DNA of 64,000 bases, taken from positions 496,001 to 560,000 of the forward strand of contig NIVC01000414.1 of the NCBI GenBank assembly GCA_002269645.1, read 5' to 3'. Both the position numbers and the translations under genes were made by a program. Of the stretch, positions 51,611-60,504 are shown in pieces. Source of the DNA: Macrostomum lignano (Eukaryota). The notes beneath the pieces were generated by a model that saw nothing but the letters and a program-made list of their open reading frames with translations, did not search any database and was not told where the DNA came from. Each line of letters begins with the position of its first letter. Position 1 is the first letter of the stretch.

Positions 51611-53222
51611 CTGACTGATTGAAGATGCCAAATCCATCAAGATCCTCTCCGCGAAGCAAAAATCCTGTCTGTGCAACTAAAAACCATCGAAATCCTCTCA
51701 GTGAAACTGGACTCCTTCGAAATCCTCTCCTTGAAACTTAAATCCATCAAAATTGTTTCCATAAAACAGAAATCAATCATAAATTATCTCCGCGAAACAG
51801 AAAGCCTCTCCGTGAAGCTGAACATGATCGAAATCCTCTCCGTGAAACTGAACACCATGGAAATCCTTTCGTGAAACTGAACATCATCGAAATCCTCTCC
51901 ACGAAACAGAAATCTTCTCCGTCAGAATTTAAACATTGAAATCGTCTCCGCTAAACTTGACTTAATCGAATTTTTTCCGTCAAACAACTCAACTCGCCAG
52001 ATTCATTAGGGTTAGGGTTAGGGTTAGGGTTAGGGTTAGAACTACGCACAGCTTCGTGTTAAAAGGCACAGATAAAAATATTGAACTAATTGAATCAATT
52101 CATTGCGCAACCGATTTCACAGTCAGTCAGTATCAGCCTCAGGTAAAGTTAACAAAAACATTGCGCAATCTAAATCGACCCTCCAATACACAGCAGCAGT
52201 GAGAAGTTGAACCCTCCCCCCAACAATCTTTGCAGATTAAAGTACAATCTTTGCAGAAAGTTAAAGCTGTGCTTTTTCTTTTCATATTTAAAGCAAACAA
52301 CTTATATCCCCGAACTCAGCGTTGCAAGATCTTGCCAGCAATATAAGTTTCTCCTCTCAAAGTTGAAAACTCGAGGAACAGTTAGCGTTTGAAACTGTCT
52401 GATTTATAGCATTGAAGTATCGAGTGTACGTTCACTGCCTGCTTGCAAGTTGATGCATTGAATTTCAATGTCCAACAAATACACAGGACTGCCCATTGAA
52501 AGGCAGGAAAACTTATCAGTAGCCATATCATTGCGCAATTATCTATAAAGTCAGCCAGTGAGCCAGGGTCCAAGTGTACACACGCAGCCACTGAGAACGC
52601 TCCCACCCCCCACTGGAAAGAAAATACACTACAGAGATAGGGAAAAGTTGTGGCGCAATCACTAAAAATTCATGCATTTTTCAGCTCCAAGCAGAAAGAG
52701 GGGACAATTAAGATTATCAAAGGTCAAGACCGCCGTTTTCTGCTTTTTTGAGGATCTTAGAAATTAAAATTTCAGAATTAAAATAGCCTATAGCCGACCT
52801 CGGATAATTTCCAATCTTCCCATATAAGTTTCAACGCTGAGTTGGCACTATTCAAGGAGGAGTTGTCGAAATGACAGACACACAGACAGACACACAGACA
52901 AACAACACGTCAACTTTAGTATATATAGAGAGAGAGAGGAGAGAGAAGTTGCAAGTAGTCTTGGAGAAAAATTGCAACATACAGACAGACAAACATCGCA
53001 CCAACTTTAGTATTAAGATTTACCCATATAAGTTTCAACGCTGAGTTGCAAGTAGTCTTGGAGAAAAATTGCAACATACAGACAGACAAACATCGCACCA
53101 ACTTTAGTATTAAGATTTAGTATTAAGATTAGAGATTTAGTATATTTAGATTGCAGTCTCTAGAGCGTTATGGACAAGCATACAAACAAACAAATATTAG
53201 AGATTTAGTATATTTAGAAGGA

Positions 53223-53460
53223 CTAGCCATTAGCCCCCCCCCCGCTGAGGGGCCTGAGAAATGACACCAAGTGGTTTTTATTTTGGTCCAATGGTAACCA
53301 TAATTACCATTTCCATTAATCAAAAATTACTTTTTCTCATTTTTGCAAAAACAAACTCAGCACCACTCACCTTAACAACACTTTTCCAAGATTAGCACCG
53401 CTGCTCAGATTAGCAACGCTCCTCAGATTAGCACTATTTACCCCCCCCCCCCAGATTATC
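53223..53460 (-). mobile_element. 3' end of another Helitron-like element (CAGATTAGCAC family)
   Basis: Minus strand GCCCC..GGGGC hairpin (53233-53253) + TAATGG + CTAG|T (53223-53226). 53295-53460 matches 7990-8225. Confidence 0.65.
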
Positions 53461-53969
53461 AATGCTTGAAAAGCGCTCTAAGTAAAACATAGTAAATGTA
53501 AAACGTTTGAAATTAAAATTAAAGTTGGTTGACGAGAATCAGAATCGGCATCGCTTCTTTTGAATTTTTTTATGTGATTTTTATCTACACGTAGACTCCT
53601 CGCAGAAGAATAGGAATCGTTGCAACTTAAAAAACCCTCTAAAACCCCTTAACTAGAAGAGCTTTGAACTTTAAACGCAGACTGACTTATTCGTACGCTA
53701 TTAATAAATCAAAACAAATTTTGGTATTGTTTCAGTTGTCACGAAAATGCATATTTAATAGCACGTTCATAAAGTTACATTCGAATGATTAGTGAATCAA
53801 TTGAGAACAAAGCAAACTACACGGCTAGTAGGGGCCAAATTGAACCCTGGAAAAATACGTGACCTACCTACCGCCTCTGCAATATGTATCTTACTTGAAT
53901 AATGGCAGGTACTCAACGTTTGTCCCCTCCTGAATAAGGCATCCACCGGCTTCCGCTTAAGAGACAGTA

Positions 53970-54670
53970 GGGGCGCCCACCATAAGAGACAGGGGGGGGG
54001 GCACCATAAGAGATAGGGGGGCCCACCATAAGAGACAGGGGCACCCATCAAAAGACAGGGGCGCCCACCAAAAGACAGGGGGAAGGGCCACCATAAGAGA
54101 CAGGGGCGACCATCAAGAGACAGGGGGCCCATCATAAGAGACAGGGACGTCCACCAAAAGACAGGGGGGCCCACCATAAGAGACAGGGGCGCCCACCATA
54201 AGAGACAAGGGTGCCCACCATAAGAGACAAGGGTGCCCACCATAAAAGACAGGGGCGCCCACCATAAGAGACAGGGGCGCCCACATAAGAGACAGGGGCG
54301 CCCACCAAAGGAGACAGGGGCGTCCACCATAAGATACAGGGGCGCCACCATAAGATACAGGGGCGCCACCATAAGATACAGGGGCGCCACCATAAGAGAC
54401 AGGGGCGCCCACCATAAGATACAGGGGCGCCACCATAAGATACAGGGGCGCCACCATAAGATACAGGGGCGCCCACCATAAGATACAGGGGCGCCGCCAT
54501 AAGATACAGGGGCGCCACCATAAGATACAGGGGCGCCCACCATAAGATACAGGGGCGCCACCATAAGATACAGGGGCGCCACCATAAGATACAGGGGCCC
54601 CCACCCTAAAGCACAGGGGTGCCCACCATAAGAGACAGGGGCACCCACCAAGAGACGGGGGCGCCAACTA
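53970..54670 (+). repeat. 21-22-bp GC-rich minisatellite CCACCATAAGA(G/T)ACAGGGGCG(C)
   Basis: About 30 tandem copies. Confidence 0.95.
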
Positions 54671-55323
54671 AGACACAAAAAATTGGCTTTTCCTTTTCCC
54701 AAAAATCCATTTAAAGTTGCGGATTCCCAAATGAAAAGCCTGCGTACGCCATTCAAGAACACTCTAAATTTTTTTCTACAATAGCTACTTTTCAATGCAG
54801 CTTGCTCCATTTTTACATAAATTAGCACAATTAGTATAATAAACACACGAATTACCTTAATAAATCTGACTATCTAGTACTCAACCGAGATAATGTATAT
54901 GGAGAGTTTCGTCGATTTAGAATCAATGCCCATGTACCGCAGATGTGATCACAGATCGGGTACGAGTCTCTTGCATTGAGTCCTAATTCATCTCACAAAA
55001 GCTTCTAAAGCAATAAAAAATTGATTTGGAACAGTTTCCATGGCTACCCATGGTTTCTCCCTCTTAAGTTTTTAAATTGAATCAGGATTTAGTTAAAGAC
55101 AATGGGTATATACCTGGTATGTGCGAATTATGCATAAATTGGAACTATTGCAGCGATAATAAGCGGTCTACCGTTGTCAATTAAGTGCTAATATTTAGGC
55201 TAGGAAGCCTATATGCTAAAGTACCGTCCATATCCTACACGCACATCAAGGTATACTGCCTCAATTGATACATGCCTGCTTAATTATAAGATTTCTCCCG
55301 GTTGCATTCAGCAGCTGATTGTT

Positions 55324-55357
55324 GATTGGTCATAAAGCTAAAGCAGACTTTATAAAA
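55324..55357 (+). promoter_or_regulatory. Putative core promoter (inverted CCAAT + TATAAAA) of the second PAN-LamG gene
   Basis: GATTGG at ~55324 and TATAAAA at 55351-55357, ~80 bp upstream of ATG 55433. Confidence 0.35.
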
Positions 55358-55432
55358 GAACTGTAGTTTGGTCACTGCCTTAGATCCTTGTTGCGATCGC
55401 ATAATCGAACAGGGCTCCATTCACTGCTTCTA

Positions 55433-56497
55433 ATGGACTGCAAGAAAATTTACTTAATTGTCCTGCTCTGGACTATTTTTAAGTCATCAAACTGTTGTGA
55501 AACTCAGAAGTTGAGGTTCTCTAAGACGCAAATTTGCCCCTCCAGTTCAAGTTTCGATCAACTTTCCAAGCTGGACCGCTCGCACGACTTGAAGACTTGC
55601 GTGTTTAAATGTGCCGTCAGTAGCACCTGCGCTGTCATATTCCAAAGCAGCTCAAAACTCTGCTACTTTGGAGACTCTGAGCAGCTTTCTACGCTTTTTT
55701 CCTCGACGAACACATCTGGAACTGAACAGTGCGAAAGCTACATCAAGGTTTGGAACGAGTCAAAAGATATGAGCTCCACGACAACTGCTCCAACGACTCA
55801 AAACTCCATGACAACTACCACTAAATCAACAGTACCACCGCCACCAAGTCTCTCTGATGGCATCCTGTCTAAGCTGGTAATCTTCTTTGACTTCCGAAAG
55901 AGCTACTTTAACCTCATAAACCCGTCAAAGTACATGGCTACTCCTCACGGATCTTTGACTCAAGATTCTGATGGTGTCCATTTTCCTGGAAACAGCGATC
56001 AAGACTTCATCGAGGTGGACACCGACGGGAACACTCTGGCCTCGACTTACCTTGCTGAGTCAAAGAAGTTCACGATTTACTCGCGAACGTATCGAGAAGG
56101 CAGCCACCAAACGTATCACTACTTCTACGACTGCTCGAGCACCGTCAACAGAGGCGAGTTCTTCGACGATGATGGTAAAATCAATGTGGTACACCCTCTT
56201 TCCGGCTCCGTTATTGCTAATAATTCCGGTACCGTTCTGTACTTCACGAGCATTAACCAAGTAGCTTCTGTTGGAGTGATTTTCAATGGCAGCACCGTGA
56301 CAAACTTCTACCATCTTGGGAGTCTGAAAGCCGTCAATAGTGGCTCAACAACAATATCGGGTACTCCTCTATGCCTGCGTCTCGGCTACAACAGCAATCC
56401 GTCGTACTCACTGAAGGGCAGATTTCTATGCTATGCCATTGCCAATGACACCCTTACTGAGTCCGAATTGACGGAGATTGGACTTTACTTTTCCTAA
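55433..56497 (+). CDS. Secreted protein, 354 aa, intronless: signal peptide + PAN/Apple-like domain + Thr/Pro mucin-like linker + LamG/ConA-like domain; paralogue of 3888-4934
   Basis: The first ATG in the ORF is at 55433 (the track starts at a TTG at 55388). 85/105 aa are identical to the paralogue over the first part of the C-terminal domain, and the Cys pattern is the same. Confidence 0.85.
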   Translation: MDCKKIYLIVLLWTIFKSSNCCETQKLRFSKTQICPSSSSFDQLSKLDRSHDLKTCVFKCAVSSTCAVIFQSSSKLCYFGDSEQLSTLFSSTNTSGTEQCESYIKVWNESKDMSSTTTAPTTQNSMTTTTKSTVPPPPSLSDGILSKLVIFFDFRKSYFNLINPSKYMATPHGSLTQDSDGVHFPGNSDQDFIEVDTDGNTLASTYLAESKKFTIYSRTYREGSHQTYHYFYDCSSTVNRGEFFDDDGKINVVHPLSGSVIANNSGTVLYFTSINQVASVGVIFNGSTVTNFYHLGSLKAVNSGSTTISGTPLCLRLGYNSNPSYSLKGRFLCYAIANDTLTESELTEIGLYFS

Positions 56498-57394
56498 CAT
56501 TTTATTTTTTGGACAGATTGGTTAGAATGTCCTATATTTTGGCTAGGAATCGAGTCGATGGAACGATTGATGTTTTAATGAACCGTTGACTAACTTCACG
56601 TGCAGTAACCGCTTTTTTACCTTCTCCCTCCTGACGCTTTTCTTTTTTTCACTCTTCTGTGTGTTAATTAGCAGTTCCCAGATTAGGTAAAGTCCCGCCT
56701 AAAAAGAACATAATACTGTCGATGGTGTCTGAATGTGTCGTACAGGGTTTCGGAGCTAATTTTATTACAAACCTGCAGCGAATTAAATAAGTATAGCTAG
56801 CAGTGAACATGGTCATGATAGAAATAGTACGCCAAACTAGCGAACGTGTTTCGGAAATCAATTAAAAATCCTTTAATTACTCGTAGTTTCGGTTGCGGCA
56901 TTACACACTACATTGGTATGCACAAATACAGAATGTCGGTATATGTACAACTATTTTAATCTTTGACTGCCGGCTCTCATGAAACAATAATGTGATATAT
57001 GAATGTGTTAATTTGGACTTTGGGTGAAACAAAATCAGTGAAATTGCAGAAAGCTCAGCTAAAAAAGAGATTTAACCCTGCACGATATCAACTGCATACT
57101 CTGAGATACATGTATCACCCCAGACTCTATGCTCTTTTATAGAGTCCCTTCGATTTCATCTGTTACTAGAATTAATGAGTAGCTAGCTAAGTACTGTCCC
57201 TATTTATACTGTTGGACTGAGCAATGAACGAGAGCGGACTGGAGTCCACAAAAACAGGTATAAGTTTGAGGTGTACAAGGCATGCAAAATTCGAGGGATA
57301 AGTTCGGGTTTTCTCTAATTTTGAAGCGATAGTATTTACCAGACATTTTATGACCTACTGTCTCTGTCAAACATTTTTCTTTTGCTTGACGTAG

Positions 57395-57980
57395 CCGCAT
57401 GTAGATCCTGAGGCTCTGGTTTCCGGCGTCCGCGAGGATTTGCGGCGTCGCCGCGGGCTTGCCTGGGCTACCTTTCGTTCTGTAAGGGCAGTCCTGCAGT
57501 CCGAGGCCTTACCTGATCGCCAGAGGGCGGCGTTGTTCCAGGCGGTGATCGAGACCGTCCTGCTGTACAATGCCGGGATCTAAACGCTGACGGAGTCGCT
57601 GGAGCAACAAGTTGACGCGGTGCACGCTGGCCTGCTTCAAACCGCCTTCAAGATCGGCTACGAGCGAGTGACAAACGCGGCTTTGTATCGCCGCGCCGGT
57701 CTGATCCGTCCAAGCGACCTGTTGCGCCGTCGGCCACTCCAGCTGGCAGTCCAGATCATCCGCGCCCAGTCGTACTGCCCAGAGCCGGTGCAGGAGGTGC
57801 TGCTGCTAACGCTGCAGGCCCCCTACCGGCAGGGGCAGGCGTGCACTCGGCGTTTCGTCGACTGCCTGCTGGCTGACGCCGGCGACCCAGATTCGGCCGG
57901 CGGCGTGGCGTTCATTCGCGACCTGGCCTTGAGGCGCGCCCTGTGAGCTGTGACGCTAACTGGGTATTGTTGTTGCTTTT

Positions 57981-58020
<40 letters not shown>
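57395..58020 (+). mobile_element. 5'-truncated RTE-like non-LTR retrotransposon with (TTG)n tail
   Basis: Reads DLRRRRGLAWATFRSV..LFQAVIETVLLYNAGI*TLT..AFKIGYERVTNAALYRRAG.., the post-RT region, with an in-frame TAA at 57581. The tail (TTG)n is at ~57982-58020. Confidence 0.8.
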
Positions 58021-58021
<1 letters not shown>

Positions 58022-59556
58022 ATGGAGATCGCGCGAGGGATGCATGAGCACGATTCGATATTCAATACGCCCCTAAACAGCGGCACTAAATGAAAAAATC
58101 CAGGAGAAAAATCAGACAATACCTGCATGAATTGAATGAATTGGCGGGTCCCTGAAAGGTCACGTGTGTTTTTCTACAGTTGTTGTGCTGAAATAGAAAA
58201 GAATATACAATAGCAGAAAAAGCTGAGCAAGAGAACTAAAAAACACTATATGACTCTTAAAATTATTTTTTTGCTCAACAGATTTGCACACACTACAGCT
58301 GTGTGTGTTTATTGTGTAAAAATCTTTTTTTTCATAACAATCCGTTACCTTGGAGTTGCAAATTTTTTTATTACCCCGCTTTTGTTTTGAGTTGTTTGCG
58401 AAAACTGTTTGTCGAGCTGTTTGGAAAAAAATCATTAATTCCCAAGCCAACTCCGACAAAGTCTCTTAGTTCTGAAAGAATTACTTTTAAACTGACAAGT
58501 AGAAGAAATACATGATGCGGTTCGATTTTTTAATAGCGCGGCGAAAAAAGTTTTCTCTTTAAAAAGCAAAAAGAATCATTTCAATAAAACAAAAAGCAAC
58601 AAACTCGCGCTGGCTGCAGGAAAAGCCGCTGTAAACCAGAAAAAGTCTGGAAAGCTTTCAATGGAAAGAGACGTCTAAATGTATTAGATGCATATATTAA
58701 TATACTCGGAAATCCTAAACATTGTATCAATGCTACTACTGCTACTGAAGCTTTATAATGATTAAATAATCGAGAGTCGTTTTTTGTCCCGTATTTGCCA
58801 TGCAGTTCTGCCAGAAGCACTTAAAAAGTCAAAATCAGTTCCTCAAATACTTTCGCATCTTCTAAACAAAATTTTCTGGATTACTTAAATTTTTTCTAAG
58901 CTCTGAAAGCCAGAAAACTTTTTCTAATTTGTTTGAATGGTGGAAAGAGACCAAAACAAAGGTTGCTTTCCGCTTCAGAAAGTTTCTGGCCTTGGTTAGT
59001 CAATACCCCAAGTTTGTCTACCTTGGTAACCTATATGGGGAATTCATAAAATCGATGCTTTTGGATTTTTACAGTAGAATTACAGTAGAATTTCTGTAGA
59101 AAAAAGTACAAAACTAGAAATATTACTGTAGAAGTATTGCTGCAAAAGTATTATTGCTACTGTCACTGTCAGAGTAAACTCAGATCGGCCTCATCTGCCC
59201 ATATCTGACAAAATGCGCTGTCAAATATGGTCTTAATAGTACCACGAACACCTAAAGTAGAAAGACGCTAAGAAATGAGCAGGAGGAACGTAATTAATTT
59301 TTCGTACCGCCAGTGCATTTAGTATCCTCTACAGAACGCTCTAAAGAAAAATCAAATTTCTCAAGACGATTCTCGCTCGAGGACAAGTAGTAGAAAGCCT
59401 GTTGCTTCAGTTAGCTGGGGGGAGTCACCGACGGTTGCAATTCAGGTCAATTTAGACAGACCAAGATGATAGAGTACTAGATTGATCGCGAAGGCCGCGC
59501 GCAGCTATCCAGCGTACGCTGCCAGGGTCTTTAGAAAGCAGGGTTTCAGCTGGTGC

Positions 59557-60140
59557 GCCTTTAGGCCGAACGAATTCAGCCAACAGGCAGTCGAGGAAGC
59601 GCCGAGTGTCTGTCTGTAGGGTGCTTGCAGCGTCACCAGCGGTGCCTCCTGCACCGGCTGTGCGCAGTACGACTCGGCGCAGACGATGTGGCCACGGACC
59701 AGACCGAGGCGGTGATAAAGTGCCGCTTTGGAAACTCAGTTGTCACCGATCTTGAGGTGGAACGCGGCAGGCCAGCGTGCCCCGCATCTACTACTTGCTT
59801 GAGCGAGTCCATCAGGGTCCAGATCTCAGCGTTGTAACAGCAGGACGGTCTCAACCACCGCCTAGAATAAAACGCCGCCCTCGGGAACCAGACCATCGAG
59901 AGAGACGAACTGCTGACGATGCGGATGATAGCACCCTGAAGAAAGCCGTCATCGTTGGTAAGAAGAACAATCCGCAGCACCCAGTCAAGCATCAGAACGA
60001 ACAGGAACGGTGCGAGCGTATCTCGCTGGAGCACTCTAAGGGATGCCTCGACTCAAAGTTCGATAGGACGTCCGTTCTTGCGACTGCAGCTTTCGTATCA
60101 CGGTATCACGGTGTGCATTGCCATGATGGCGGTAACAGGA
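59557..60140 (-). mobile_element. Older, internally deleted RTE-like fragment including part of the RT domain
   Basis: VLQRDTLAPFLFVLMLDWVLR corresponds to the RT QGDxLAPxLF motif. It joins, across a deletion, to sequence homologous to the other two RTE fragments. No tail is present. Confidence 0.7.
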
Positions 60141-60409
60141 TTTTAACTATATTTTCACACTGTTTCAAAACAATTAAAACTTGAATTCTACGAAAAAGTT
60201 TACTTATGCTTATCAAGTCGTATTTGATGCTTATAAGTGTGCTTATTGGCTTATAAAGACTTTGAAAATATTTTCAGTTAGGGCCTAAATTTTCTTAGTA
60301 AATTAGTCAAATAATTCTCCAGACCTTCAATGACAATGGAAATGGTCAATGCCACGATGGCTTGAATGGAGGTTTTTGGGTTCTGGCAATTTTAGGGCGA
60401 TCCTGAAGA

Positions 60410-60492
60410 TTCCCGCGTTTAATTATTTTACGGAATTATTTCGCCCTCTATTCAAGGGTGGTGGGGGGTGGGGTTATAATTAAACGCGGGAA
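60410..60492. repeat. 83-bp element with 17-bp perfect terminal inverted repeats
   Basis: TTCCCGCGTTTAATTAT (60410-60426) / ATAATTAAACGCGGGAA (60476-60492). No clear target duplication. Confidence 0.55.
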
Positions 60493-60504
60493 ACTAAGAA
60501 ATCG

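Larger units (their letters stand above)
16498..52039 (+). repeat. Fifteen short interstitial (TTAGGG)n tracts, one per non-coding unit
   Basis: Tracts (number of GGG runs): 16498 (8), 17748 (3), 19001 (2), 20631 (3), 23220 (5), 25150 (5), 28017 (3), 29612 (2), 30973 (3), 32261 (3), 33877 (4), 43911 (3), 46298 (4), 48880 (6), 52006 (5). Confidence 0.9.
16148..53128 (-). mobile_element. Head-to-tail tandem array of 16 Helitron units (15 non-coding, 1 coding)
   Basis: Recurrent minus-strand junction CTCCTCC-NNN-GGAGGAG + TTGGC/TTCCA + CTCG | TC/TT..ATACTAAAG..(TGTC/TTTG)n. Unit 3' ends on + lie at 16148, 17501, 18741, 20370, ~21963, 24159, 26576, 29414, 30619, ~32014, 33303, 34897, 43664, 44898, 47676 and ~50746. 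Confidence 0.85.

Noticed and set aside
22277-51622. Long Ser/Leu/Phe-rich ORFs (e.g. 26781-27572, 47764-48555, 50831-51622) as membrane proteins
   Set aside because: They are by-products of CT-rich tracts, which lack stop codons. Overlapping frames are open too and no domain is recognisable.
5561-52039. TTAGGG/CCCTAA tracts as a true chromosome end or fusion site
   Set aside because: The tracts are only 2-10 copies long and sit at fixed positions inside repeat units.
16148-53128. Repeat-spacer-like architecture read as a CRISPR array or prokaryotic system
   Set aside because: Units are kb-sized and homologous throughout, with no unique spacers and no cas genes. The DNA has spliceosomal introns.
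53797-54846. 349-aa Gly/Pro/Tyr-rich ORF as a structural (elastin- or eggshell-like) protein
   Set aside because: It is a 21/22-bp minisatellite with frame-shifting unit lengths, and several frames are open at once.
55388-55432. TTG start and 15-aa N-terminal extension of the second secreted protein
   Set aside because: This is a eukaryotic gene. ATG 55433 places the signal peptide at the N-terminus, as in the paralogue.
57400-58030. ATGTAGATC / ATGGAGATC as the target-site duplication of the RTE copy
   Set aside because: It is only an 8/9 match, and element-like translation may extend across it, so it is too weak to call.
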